64,000 nucleotides of DNA from Bacillota bacterium. GTDB lineage: Bacteria > Bacillota > Sulfobacillia > JAJZYS01 > JAILZS01. Position numbers and translations under genes: made by a program. The notes under the pieces are model-generated. The model ran no database searches. It saw nothing but the letters and a program-made list of their open reading frames with translations, and was not told the DNA's origin. Shown piece by piece: positions 45,380-54,186 of this stretch (the first letter of the stretch is position 1; each line of letters opens with the position of its first letter). Location of the stretch: NCBI GenBank assembly GCA_023512375.1, contig JAILZS010000003.1, positions 27,260 to 91,259 on the forward strand, given 5' to 3'.

Positions 45380-46327
45380 ATGTGGACGGACAGCGCGGTG
45401 GAGGCCGTCGACCTGCACGTGGCGGGCGTGCCCGTGCGGGTGGTGGCGAACGACCGCCTAGGATGGTCGGCGGACGCCGGTCCCGACACGTGGCTGGCCC
45501 GCCTTCGCGCCGACGACGGCGGCGCGCGCCTGCGCCTCTCCCACGAACCGTGGGGGTTCGAGGGCATGCAGGGGGTCTGGCTCATGCCCGCCCATCGGCC
45601 CGGGAGCGCCGGTTCCGCCGTGTTCTGGGACGCCGACGGCTACGCCCCCTGGTGTGGGCGCGGCCTGGCCGCCTTGGCCGCCTTCCTGGTGCGCACGGGG
45701 CGGGCGCCGGCGGGGGAGGTGGCCGTGGACACCGCCCTGGGGACGGTGCGCCTGGAGGTGGAGGATAGCGGCGACGCCCCCGCCGTGCGCGTCGCCCCCC
45801 CGCCGGCGCGCGCCGTCGCGCGCGGCCTCCGCCTGGAAGGGCAAGGGTTCACCGTCGACCTGGCGGTGTGCGGCGGAAAGGCCTATGCCTTTCTCCCCTC
45901 CCCCGTCCCGATCGACCTGGAGGGGGCGCATGTCCTGGCCCTGCGGGAACGCGCGGCCTCCTTGCTCGAACCGGTGGCGCCGCTGGCCGGCCGCGCCGGC
46001 GACCTGGCCGCCCTGGTGTTCGCGGCCGCACCGGAGGGGGACCGCGTGCACCGCCTCTGCCCGGTGGGGGCGACGGGCCGCTTGCACCGCGCCCCCGGCG
46101 TCCGCCTGCTGGCCGCCTACGCCGCCCTCCGGCGAGGGGACGGAGAGGCGCTCCCCCTGGCCGCGGCCGGCCTTTCCGGCGTCCAGACCACGGTGGAGGG
46201 GGCGGACGACGGGCCGCGACCCGACGGCCAGGTGCGCGTCACCGTCGCCCTGCGGCCGCACGTCGTCGCCTTCCGCCGCTTCTACCACGACCCGTACGAC
46301 CCGGTGGCGCCGTTCCTCGTGCCGTAG
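45380..46327 (+). CDS. proline racemase-like protein, degenerate paralog (second catalytic Cys/Thr not evident)
   Basis: First Cys motif conserved (YAPWCGRG). The position equivalent to the second catalytic Cys reads AAAGLSGVQTT. 316 aa. Confidence 0.55.
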   Translation: MWTDSAVEAVDLHVAGVPVRVVANDRLGWSADAGPDTWLARLRADDGGARLRLSHEPWGFEGMQGVWLMPAHRPGSAGSAVFWDADGYAPWCGRGLAALAAFLVRTGRAPAGEVAVDTALGTVRLEVEDSGDAPAVRVAPPPARAVARGLRLEGQGFTVDLAVCGGKAYAFLPSPVPIDLEGAHVLALRERAASLLEPVAPLAGRAGDLAALVFAAAPEGDRVHRLCPVGATGRLHRAPGVRLLAAYAALRRGDGEALPLAAAGLSGVQTTVEGADDGPRPDGQVRVTVALRPHVVAFRRFYHDPYDPVAPFLVP

Positions 46328-46466
46328 CCGGACGGCAGGCCCGTCCAGGCGGGGCATTCCCGCTGGCGAGGGGCGGGCGGCGCGGAGAACACGGCGGTGT
46401 CGGCCCGGCCCGCCGCCCTTCCCGGACACAGGACGGCAGCCGCCCGGCGCCGCTCCGTCGAGCGTC

Positions 46467-47318
46467 CTACAGCTGCAGAAGGGGAGCGAACCCCAGGGCG
46501 AAGGAGCCCGTACCGCCGCCGAAGAAGGCGACGTTAGGCCGGTCGGCGTACGACTCGACCACGCTCCCGGGGTGGCGCCGGAGCACTCCCTCCCGAAGGG
46601 CGGCTTCGGCCGCCTCGGCGCCCACGTGGGTGATCACCGCCCGCACCGGGACGCCGGCGGGCACGTCGTGCGCCATTCCCTCGAGCATGCCCTCCACCGC
46701 CCGCTCCAGAGAAGGCGCCGTGGCAAAGGCGCGGAACTCGTCGTCCCCCACGCGCTGCACGTTGTACTGGTCGGCCATGCCCTCCGCCCGGCCGCGCAGG
46801 CGGCCGATGTCCTCCAGCACACCGAAGGAGGGGCCGGCGATGTACGTCGCCGAGTGGCGGACGCTCTCCCCCAGCGCGGCCATGAGCTCTGCCCGCCCCA
46901 CCCCGCGGCGTGCGTGCTCCGCCGCCTCCAGCACCAGGGCGGCCTCCCCCAGGTGCACCTGGTGGCTGTCGAACACCTCCACCTGGCCGGGCTCGAACAG
47001 GTCGGCGGCGGTGATGGCGAAGGTCCAGGTGCTGGAGATCTTGCGCGGCATGGTGATGCACAGAACCTCGGGGGCGCGGGCGAGCGACCGCTCGTACGCT
47101 TGGGCGAAGTCGTCGGCGTTCACACCCGCGCTCGAGGCGCGCTGGGTGCGGCGGTCGACGCGGGCGATGAAGGCGGGCGCGTCCATGTCGAGCTCGATGA
47201 GGTGCGGCTCGCCGTCGATGACATACGTCACGCGCCCGATCTCGATCGCCAGATCGCGCGCCCGCTCCGGCGCGATGTCGATGGTGGAGTCGGTCACCAC
47301 GGCCACCCTGCGGCTCAC
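46467..47318 (-). CDS. DegV family fatty-acid-binding protein (FakB-like)
   Basis: DegV fold start (VAVVTDSTIDI...) and about 283 aa length. Confidence 0.8.
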   Translation of the reverse strand: MSRRVAVVTDSTIDIAPERARDLAIEIGRVTYVIDGEPHLIELDMDAPAFIARVDRRTQRASSAGVNADDFAQAYERSLARAPEVLCITMPRKISSTWTFAITAADLFEPGQVEVFDSHQVHLGEAALVLEAAEHARRGVGRAELMAALGESVRHSATYIAGPSFGVLEDIGRLRGRAEGMADQYNVQRVGDDEFRAFATAPSLERAVEGMLEGMAHDVPAGVPVRAVITHVGAEAAEAALREGVLRRHPGSVVESYADRPNVAFFGGGTGSFALGFAPLLQL

Positions 47319-47357
47319 GTCCCTACCTCCTCCTCCTCAGCCCGCGTCCCGACGCCC

Positions 47358-48311
47358 TCATGCCCCCGGGCCGGAGCCATCCTTCTCGTGCAGGGCCAGG
47401 ATCTCGGCGTCCAGGTTGGCGATGCTCACGCCCTCCGGCCGGCCGAAGGCGCGCGCCGCCCGCAGCACGGCCTCGGCGTCGGGGGCGTGGATGTGGACCT
47501 TGAGGAGGGCGTCGTCCCCCACCACCACCAGAGAGTCGCCCAGCGGCCTGAGCGCCGCTCGCAGGGCCTGGGGGTCCAGCCCCTCGCCTTCGAGCACGAA
47601 CTGCACCTCGAAGCCGTAGACCACCCCCTCGGCCGCCTGCTCCTCGGCTGCGCGCACCGCGGCGGACGCCCGCTGCTCCGAGCTGACGGGGGCGACGCGC
47701 CCCTCGGCCACCTCCGCCATGGCGTCCAAGACGTGGAACAGGCCCAGCCCGGCCGAGTCGACCACCCCCGCCTGGGCCAGCTGGGGCAGAAGGCGGGTGG
47801 TGTCGGCCACGGCCTCCCCCGCCTCCCGCGCCGCCGCGCGCAGGACGGCTGCCACGTTGCCGTCGGCGGCCGCCGCCCGCGCCCCTTCCGCCGCCCGACG
47901 CGCCACGGTGAGGATCGTCCCCTCCACCGGGTTGTCGACCGCGCCGTACGCCGCCTCCGCCGCCGCCGCCAGGGCGGTGGCCAACGACGCGCCGTCCGGC
48001 GGCTGGGGCGCCCCGCTCAGGGCGCGCGCCAGACCGCGCAGGTACTGGGAGAAGATGACCCCGGAGTTGCCGCGCGCCCCTAGGATGGTGGCGCGGGAGA
48101 TGGCCATCAGGGCCTGGCCGGCACTCTCGTTCCCGCTCAGGGCGGATGCGGCCCGCGCCGACGCCTCCAAGGTGAGCGCGAGGTTGGTGCCCGTGTCCGC
48201 GTCCGGGATGGGGAACACGTTGAGGGCGTTGATCTCCTCCCGCCGCTCCTGGATGCGGGCGTGGGCCGCCCGCACCATGGCGCGCGCGGTGTCGGCGGTC
48301 AGCGACGTCAC
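47358..48311 (-). CDS. DAK2 domain protein (fatty acid kinase FakA N-terminal/middle region-like; YloV-like)
   Basis: Dak2 motifs (DADTGTNLALTLEA, GARGNSGVI). At 317 aa it lacks the C-terminal DegV-like domain of full-length FakA. Confidence 0.7.
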   Translation of the reverse strand: MTSLTADTARAMVRAAHARIQERREEINALNVFPIPDADTGTNLALTLEASARAASALSGNESAGQALMAISRATILGARGNSGVIFSQYLRGLARALSGAPQPPDGASLATALAAAAEAAYGAVDNPVEGTILTVARRAAEGARAAAADGNVAAVLRAAAREAGEAVADTTRLLPQLAQAGVVDSAGLGLFHVLDAMAEVAEGRVAPVSSEQRASAAVRAAEEQAAEGVVYGFEVQFVLEGEGLDPQALRAALRPLGDSLVVVGDDALLKVHIHAPDAEAVLRAARAFGRPEGVSIANLDAEILALHEKDGSGPGA

Positions 48312-49315
48312 GCCAGGGTCGCTCCTTTCGTGCCTTCAGGTTCGAGCGCCCGCCTCAGGGCGGGAGCGAGGCCGGCGCGCACCGCCCCCTCGGTGCGCAG
48401 GAGGGTGGCGGCGATGGCGTCGGCCCCGGAACGGCCGTGGCCCGGCACGAACACCCCGTCGACGCCCAAAAAGGCCACCGGGGCGCCGGTCTGGGTGGCG
48501 TCGCCCAGGGCGGCCACGCCGGACAGGACCTCCTCCCGCCCCGGCAACGAGGGCGGCAGGAGGGCCCGGAGCTGCCCCACCACGTGCTCCCCCAAGCCCT
48601 CGATGGCCTTGAGGACGCAGTTGCCGGTGAAGCCGTCGGTCACCACCACGTCCGCCGGGCGGCGAACGAGGTCGTTGCCCTCGCAGTTGCCGACGAAGCG
48701 GAGACCGCTTTGCCGCAGGAGATCGTGAGCCGCCCGGGCCAGGCGGTTTCCCTTGCCGCTCTCCGCCCCGTTCGACAAAAGCGCCACCGTGGGCTCGCGG
48801 ACGCCGAACTGGACGCGTGCGTACGCCGCGCCCAGGCGCGCGAACTGGACGATCTCCTCCGGGCCCGGGTCGGGGTTGGGTCCGGCGTCGAGGAACACCA
48901 TGTCGGGCGCGAAGGCGAAGGTCACGGCCGCCGCAGGGCGGACGACGCCCGGCAATAGGCCCATCTCCCACACGGCCGCCACCAGGCAGGCGCCCGTGTG
49001 GCCCATGCTCACCGCCGCCTCCGCCTCGCCCGTCGCCGCCAGGCGGGCCGCCGTCTGCACGCTGGAGTCCGGGTGGGCCCGCATCCACGTGGCCGGGTGG
49101 CCGCCCTCTGGCACGCCGGGGCCGCTCGGGAACACCGTCAGGCCCGGCACGGGTCCGCCGGCGGCGTCCAGGGCCTCCTCCACCACCGGCGCGGGCCCCA
49201 CCAGGATCACCTCGAGCGCCCCCGTGCGCCGGAGGAGGGCGGTGCGCGCCGCGCCCACCGGCGCCGCCGGCGCCAGGTCACCCCCCATGGCGTCCAGGGC
49301 GATGCGAACCGGCAC
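48308..49315 (-). CDS. plsX: phosphate acyltransferase PlsX
   Basis: VPVRIALDAMGGDLAP N-terminus and DGFTGN motif. GTG 49315 with a GGGGGACGGGGGG RBS. The long ORF upstream of it is low complexity. Confidence 0.85.
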   Translation of the reverse strand: MPVRIALDAMGGDLAPAAPVGAARTALLRRTGALEVILVGPAPVVEEALDAAGGPVPGLTVFPSGPGVPEGGHPATWMRAHPDSSVQTAARLAATGEAEAAVSMGHTGACLVAAVWEMGLLPGVVRPAAAVTFAFAPDMVFLDAGPNPDPGPEEIVQFARLGAAYARVQFGVREPTVALLSNGAESGKGNRLARAAHDLLRQSGLRFVGNCEGNDLVRRPADVVVTDGFTGNCVLKAIEGLGEHVVGQLRALLPPSLPGREEVLSGVAALGDATQTGAPVAFLGVDGVFVPGHGRSGADAIAATLLRTEGAVRAGLAPALRRALEPEGTKGATLA

Positions 49316-49421
49316 CCCCCTACCCCCCGTCCCCCGGGTCGGTCCCGCCTGAGCACAGGCGCTGCAATTCGCCAGAATGCGCGCCCCTCCTGCGCCGGTG
49401 GCGGCAGCCCATGGCCGCCGC

Positions 49422-49775
49422 CTACGCCGGGCCCTCCTCTCCCGCCAGATAGCGCCGCACCCATCCCCGCACCCAGGCGTCGTCGCCGAAGGCGGAGCGG
49501 GCACGCCGGTCGCGCGCCAGAAGGTCGACCACCGCCAGGCGGTCCTCCCCTTCGTCCGCCCGCTCCTGCACCACGGCCACCACGCCGGCGTCGTTGGCCA
49601 CCAGCACCGCATCCGCCCACAGGCCCCGCGGCGGGTCGAGGTCGTCCTCCACCGCCCGCACCGTGCACACGGCCACGTTCACGCTCGGGCGGGTGAGGGA
49701 GAAGCTGGCCCGCCCGAGAAGCCGCAGGCGCAGCGCCGCCTCATCGCCCCGCGCCGCCGCCTCATCGCCGGCCAC
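49422..49775 (-). CDS. hypothetical protein (117 aa), function unknown
   Basis: Only sizeable minus-strand ORF filling the 465-nt gap between sufB and plsX. Weak resemblance to a hot-dog/FapR C-terminal region but too short for FapR. Could be a GC-frame artefact. Confidence 0.25.
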   Translation of the reverse strand: MAGDEAAARGDEAALRLRLLGRASFSLTRPSVNVAVCTVRAVEDDLDPPRGLWADAVLVANDAGVVAVVQERADEGEDRLAVVDLLARDRRARSAFGDDAWVRGWVRRYLAGEEGPA

Positions 49776-49779
49776 GGCC

Positions 49780-51183
49780 CTAGCCCACGCCCCCGTCCAT
49801 CTCCCACCGGATGAGCCGGTTCATCTCCAGCGCGTACTCCATCGGCAGCTCCTTCGTGAACGGCTCGATGAACCCCATGACCACGAGCTCCGCCGCCTGC
49901 GCCTGGGTGAGGCCTCGGCTCATGAGATAGAAGAGCTGCTCCTCCGACACCTTGGACACGGTGGCCTCGTGCTCGAGGGTGATGTCGTCGTTCATCACGC
50001 GGTTGTCCGGGATCGTCTCCGACACCGACTCGGCGTCGAACAACAGGGCGTCGCAGCGCACGCTCGACTTCGATCCGCGGGCGTTCGTGCTGAACTGGGT
50101 GAGTCCCCGGTAAGTGGTCTTGCCGCCGTCGTGGCTGATCGACTTCGACAGGATGGTGGACTCCGTCTCGGGCGCGGCGTGGATCACCTTGCCGCCGGCG
50201 TCCTGGTGCTGCCCCTTGCCGGCCACGGCGATGGAGAGGATGTTCGCCCGCGCCCCCCGACCCAGGAGGTAGACGGAGGGGTACTTCATGGTAAGCTTGG
50301 ACCCCATGTTGCCGTCCACCCACTCGACCGTCGCGCCCTCATAGGCGAATGCGCGCTTCGTGACCAGGTTGTAGATGTTGGGAGCCCAGTTTTGGAGCGT
50401 GGTGTACCGGATCTTGGCGCCCTTCATGGCGATGAGTTCCACCACAGCGGCGTGGAGCGAGTCCGTTGTGTAGATTGGGGCCGTGCAGCCCTCGACGTAG
50501 TGTACGGAGGAACCCTCGTCGGCGATGATGAGGGTGCGCTCGAACTGGCCCATGTTCTCGGTGTTGATGCGGAAGTACGCCTGCAAGGGGATGTCCACGT
50601 GCACACCCGGCGGCACGTAGATGAACGACCCTCCGCTCCACACGGCGCTGTTCAGGGCGGCGAACTTGTTGTCCGCCGGCGGCACGACCGTGCCGAAGAA
50701 ACGGCGCACGATGTCCGGGTGCTCGCGTAGGCCCGAGTCCATGTCGCTGAACAGGACGCCCTGCGCCGCCAGGCGCTCCTGCATGTGGTGGTAGACCACC
50801 TCGGACTCGTACTGCGCGCTCACGCCCGCCAGAAACTTGCGCTCCGCCTCCGGGATGCCCAAGCGCTCGAACGTGTTCTTGATCGTGTCGGGCACCTCGT
50901 CCCACGTGCGGCCGGGCCGTTCGCTCGGCTTCACGTAGTACACGATGCGCCCGAAGTCGAGGCCGGACAGGTCCCCGCCCCACGTGGGCATGGGCTTCTG
51001 CTCGAAGATCTCCAGCGCCCTCAGGCGGAACTCCAGCATCCAGGCGGGCTCGCCCTTCATGCGCGAGATCTCCTCCACCACCGCCCGGCTCAGGCCACGC
51101 CCCGACCGGAAGACCGCCATGTCGGGGTCGCGGAACCCGTACGCGTACTCGCCCGTCAGGGGCGGCCGCATGGCGCTCGCCAT
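49780..51183 (-). CDS. sufB: Fe-S cluster assembly protein SufB
   Basis: Full-length SufB (467 aa) with conserved C-terminal beta-helix region. Confidence 0.9.
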   Translation of the reverse strand: MASAMRPPLTGEYAYGFRDPDMAVFRSGRGLSRAVVEEISRMKGEPAWMLEFRLRALEIFEQKPMPTWGGDLSGLDFGRIVYYVKPSERPGRTWDEVPDTIKNTFERLGIPEAERKFLAGVSAQYESEVVYHHMQERLAAQGVLFSDMDSGLREHPDIVRRFFGTVVPPADNKFAALNSAVWSGGSFIYVPPGVHVDIPLQAYFRINTENMGQFERTLIIADEGSSVHYVEGCTAPIYTTDSLHAAVVELIAMKGAKIRYTTLQNWAPNIYNLVTKRAFAYEGATVEWVDGNMGSKLTMKYPSVYLLGRGARANILSIAVAGKGQHQDAGGKVIHAAPETESTILSKSISHDGGKTTYRGLTQFSTNARGSKSSVRCDALLFDAESVSETIPDNRVMNDDITLEHEATVSKVSEEQLFYLMSRGLTQAQAAELVVMGFIEPFTKELPMEYALEMNRLIRWEMDGGVG

Positions 51184-51187
51184 CGCC

Positions 51188-51616
51188 TCATCCCTCCTCC
51201 TTGCCCGTGCCCGCCTCCGCCCCTGCGCCGACGCCCGCCCCGGCCCGCGCCCTCGCCCCCACCTGCAACGTCTTCAAGGCCAGGAGAGCGCACTTGCGGC
51301 GCGCCGGCGTGAGGGAGGGGAGGCCGATCTCCGCCAGCATCTCCTCGTCCCCCATGGCCGCAAGCTCGGCCAGAGTACGTCCCGGCGCCAGGTCGGTGAG
51401 GATGGAGGCGGCGGCCATGCTCACGGCGCAACCGCGCCCCTCGAACCGCGCCTGGGTCACGCGCTCCCCCTCAAGCTTGAGGTCGATCGTCACCTCGTCG
51501 CCGCACAGGGGGTTCTGGCCCTCCTGGCGCACGTCCGGCGCCGCCATGAGGCCGTAGTTGTGCGGGTGCCGGTACAGCTCCACCAGGTACTCCCGGTACA
51601 GGTCGTCGGCCGCCAC
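51188..51616 (-). CDS. sufU: SUF system NifU-family Fe-S scaffold SufU
   Basis: NPLCGD...GCAVS Cys/Asp ligand motifs. 142 aa. Confidence 0.85.
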   Translation of the reverse strand: MAADDLYREYLVELYRHPHNYGLMAAPDVRQEGQNPLCGDEVTIDLKLEGERVTQARFEGRGCAVSMAAASILTDLAPGRTLAELAAMGDEEMLAEIGLPSLTPARRKCALLALKTLQVGARARAGAGVGAGAEAGTGKEEG

Positions 51617-51619
51617 CGC

Positions 51620-52891
51620 CTACGCCCCCCCGAAGACGTCCTGGGCGCGGCGCACGGCCGCCACCAGGCGCTCAAGGTCCTGGTCGCGATTGTAGACGTA
51701 CACGCTCGCCCGTGCCATGGCCGCCACCCCGTACCGTTCCATGAGGGGCTGGGCGCAGTGGTGGCCGGCCCGGATGGCCACCCCCTGCCCGTCCAGGATG
51801 GTGGCCAGGTCGTGGGGATGCACCCCGGCCACGTTGAACGCCACCACGGCCGTGCGCGCCGCCCCCGGGGGCGGGCCGTACACCGTCACCCGGGGTAGCT
51901 CGGCCAGGCGCTCGGCGGCGTGCATGGCGAGCGTCCGGCTGTGCTCCGCCACCGCCCTCAGGTCAAGGGCGGTCAGATACTCCACCGCCGCCCCCAGGCC
52001 GATGGCCTCGGCGATGGCGGGCGTCCCCGCCTCGAACTTGTGCGGCAGCTCCGCCCACGTCGCCCGCCTCAGGTGCACCGTCCCCACCATGTCGCCGCCG
52101 GTGAGGAAGGGGGGCATCGCCTCCAACAGCTCGCGCCGTCCCCACAGCACGCCGATGCCGGTGGGCCCGAGCATCTTGTGACCGGAGAAGGCCAGGAAGT
52201 CGGCCCCCAGGGCGCGCGGCCGCACGGGCATGTGGGGCACGCTCTGGGCGGCGTCCACCACCACCACCGCCCCCGCCCGGTGCGCCCGTTCGGCCACGTA
52301 GGCGACGGGGTTCTCGACCCCGAGCACGTTGGAGACGTGGCTCAGGGCCACGATGCGCACGCCCCGGGCCAGCACCGCGTCCAGCTCGCTCAGGTCGAGC
52401 TCGCCCCGGTCGGTGACCGGCAGGACCTCCAGGCGAGCGCCGCGCCGCTCGCACAGGCGCTGCCACGGAAGGAGGTTGGAGTGGTGCTCGCTCTCCGTCA
52501 CCAGGACCGCGTCGTTCGGCCCCACGTGCCCCTCGCCGTAGGCGTAGGCCACGAGGTTGAGGCCCTCCGTGGCGTTGCGGGTGTAGATCACTTCGCTCCG
52601 GTCGACGTCCAACAGGGCGGCGATGCGGTCGCGCGCCCCCTCGTACAGGGCGGTCGCCTCCTCCGCGGCGGCGTACACGCCGCGGTGGATATTCGCGTTG
52701 GTCCGCCGGTAGTAGGCGTCCACCGCCCGGATGACCGACCGTGGCCGCTGGGAGGTGGCCGCGCTGTCGAGGTACGTGTAGGGGTGGCCGTGCACGCGCC
52801 GGTGCAGGGCGGGGAAGTCGGCCCGCAGGCGCTCGGGGTCGAGGGCGCGGGGGGCGGGGGCGTCTTGCGCCGGCAAACGCGTGGCGCTCAT
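51620..52891 (-). CDS. sufS: cysteine desulfurase SufS
   Basis: Class V (group II) aminotransferase with SGHK PLP-Lys and HHCAQP active-site Cys motifs. ATG 52891 overlaps the sufD stop (ATGA). It is the C-terminal 423 aa of an 829-aa six-frame ORF. Confidence 0.85.
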   Translation of the reverse strand: MSATRLPAQDAPAPRALDPERLRADFPALHRRVHGHPYTYLDSAATSQRPRSVIRAVDAYYRRTNANIHRGVYAAAEEATALYEGARDRIAALLDVDRSEVIYTRNATEGLNLVAYAYGEGHVGPNDAVLVTESEHHSNLLPWQRLCERRGARLEVLPVTDRGELDLSELDAVLARGVRIVALSHVSNVLGVENPVAYVAERAHRAGAVVVVDAAQSVPHMPVRPRALGADFLAFSGHKMLGPTGIGVLWGRRELLEAMPPFLTGGDMVGTVHLRRATWAELPHKFEAGTPAIAEAIGLGAAVEYLTALDLRAVAEHSRTLAMHAAERLAELPRVTVYGPPPGAARTAVVAFNVAGVHPHDLATILDGQGVAIRAGHHCAQPLMERYGVAAMARASVYVYNRDQDLERLVAAVRRAQDVFGGA

Positions 52892-54186
52892 GCCGTCTCC
52901 CCCCCTGTCGCCCGCACGCGGCGCAGGATGGAGGCGCGCTGCGCCTCGCGCACGGCGCTGTCCGGGATGCGCTCCAACGTGGGCTCGAAGTAGCCGAGGA
53001 CGAGCATCTCCCGCCCCTCGGCCGGATCGATGCCGCGCGCCGCCAGGTAATACAGCTGCTCGGGGTCGACGCGGCCGATCGTCGCCCCGTGCCCCACGCG
53101 CACGTCGTCGCCCTCGATGAGGAGGGCGGGGATGGAGTCGGCGTGGGCGTGGGGGCTGAGGAAGAGGAGGTGGTCGCCCAGGTGGGAGACCGTGCCCCGC
53201 GCCCTGGCCTCGGTGCGGATGATGCCGTCGAACACCGACGCCGAGCGGTCGAAGACGGCGCCCCGGAACTGCACGTCCGCCTCGGTGGCCGGGGCCCGGT
53301 GCCAGGTATCCGACACGAGGGCGTGCTGCTCCCGCCCGCCCGACAGGTAGACGCCCGTGGCGTCCAGGCGGGCGCCGGGGGCCACAAGCTCGGTGTCCCA
53401 GGCAAGGGCGAGGAAGCCACCGCCGAACACGCCCGTCGTCCACTCCAGGCGGCTGTCGCGCCCCAGCCGGGCCCGCCGGCGCACCACGGCCTTGGCGAGC
53501 GGGCCCATCTCGGTGACGTCGACGTAGCGGAGGCGGGCGCCCTCCCCCACCACCACCTCGCTCACGCCGTCGACCAAAGCGCGCGCACCGCCGCCCGAGG
53601 CGTCCACGCACTCCTCCAGCACCGTCGCCTCCGCCCCCTCCTCCAGCACGACCGCAAGGCGCGGCAGGGCGGCCGCGCCGTCCGTGCGCACGACATGGCG
53701 CAGGCGCAGCGTGCCCACGCGCGCTCCCCGGGCCACCCGCACCAAGGCCCCGCCCGTCATGGCGGCCAGGTTGAGGGCCTCCAGCTTGCCGGCCTCGGGA
53801 CCCACGACGGCGCCCAGGACGTCGGCGGCGGCCGTCGGCAGGAGGTCGGGACCCCCGGGACCGAGGGGGATCACCTCCACCCCGGGGGGCAGCCCGGCCG
53901 CCGGGCGCGCAAGGCGTCCGTCCACCAGGAGGACGTGCGCCTCCTGCCCGGAAGCCTCGGGAAACGGCGCCGGCGGCGCCGCCACCGGGGCGAACGCCTC
54001 CAGCCGAAGCGGTTCCGGCTGTAGGCTCCATCCCCGCCCCCGCCGCCAGGTGGGCATGGGCAGCGTCTCGAAGGCGGCGCGGGCGCGCTCGCGCCGCTCC
54101 CGCCACCACGGCGTGCCCTCCTGCCCGCCCCCGGCGTAGGCGGCCGGCCAGGTGGTGTCGGCGCGCGCGGCCTCAGACGGCGGCAT
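52888..54186 (-). CDS. sufD: Fe-S cluster assembly protein SufD
   Basis: SufD beta-helix domain. Start chosen at ATG 54186 (MPPSEAARADTTWP...), overlapping the sufC 3' end by 11 nt. Confidence 0.75.
   Translation of the reverse strand: MPPSEAARADTTWPAAYAGGGQEGTPWWRERRERARAAFETLPMPTWRRGRGWSLQPEPLRLEAFAPVAAPPAPFPEASGQEAHVLLVDGRLARPAAGLPPGVEVIPLGPGGPDLLPTAAADVLGAVVGPEAGKLEALNLAAMTGGALVRVARGARVGTLRLRHVVRTDGAAALPRLAVVLEEGAEATVLEECVDASGGGARALVDGVSEVVVGEGARLRYVDVTEMGPLAKAVVRRRARLGRDSRLEWTTGVFGGGFLALAWDTELVAPGARLDATGVYLSGGREQHALVSDTWHRAPATEADVQFRGAVFDRSASVFDGIIRTEARARGTVSHLGDHLLFLSPHAHADSIPALLIEGDDVRVGHGATIGRVDPEQLYYLAARGIDPAEGREMLVLGYFEPTLERIPDSAVREAQRASILRRVRATGGETA

Noticed and set aside
46328-46350. 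Intrinsic terminator hairpin ggacgg-caggc-ccgtcc after the proline-racemase-like gene
   Set aside because: Short 6-bp stem with no following T-tract. Too weak to call.
45654-48083. 809-aa plus-strand ORF
   Set aside because: Antisense to the DegV and DAK2 genes and alternate frame of the proline-racemase-like gene. Low complexity.
49422-49775. FapR regulator upstream of plsX
   Set aside because: ORF is 117 aa with no HTH. FapR is about 190 aa. Only weak similarity to a hot-dog domain, so kept as a low-confidence hypothetical instead.
51620-54109. 829-aa six-frame ORF on the minus strand
   Set aside because: Only the C-terminal 423 aa (51620-52891) is SufS. The N-terminal about 400 aa is Gly/Arg/Pro-rich low-complexity read-through in an alternate frame over sufD, typical of 72% GC DNA.
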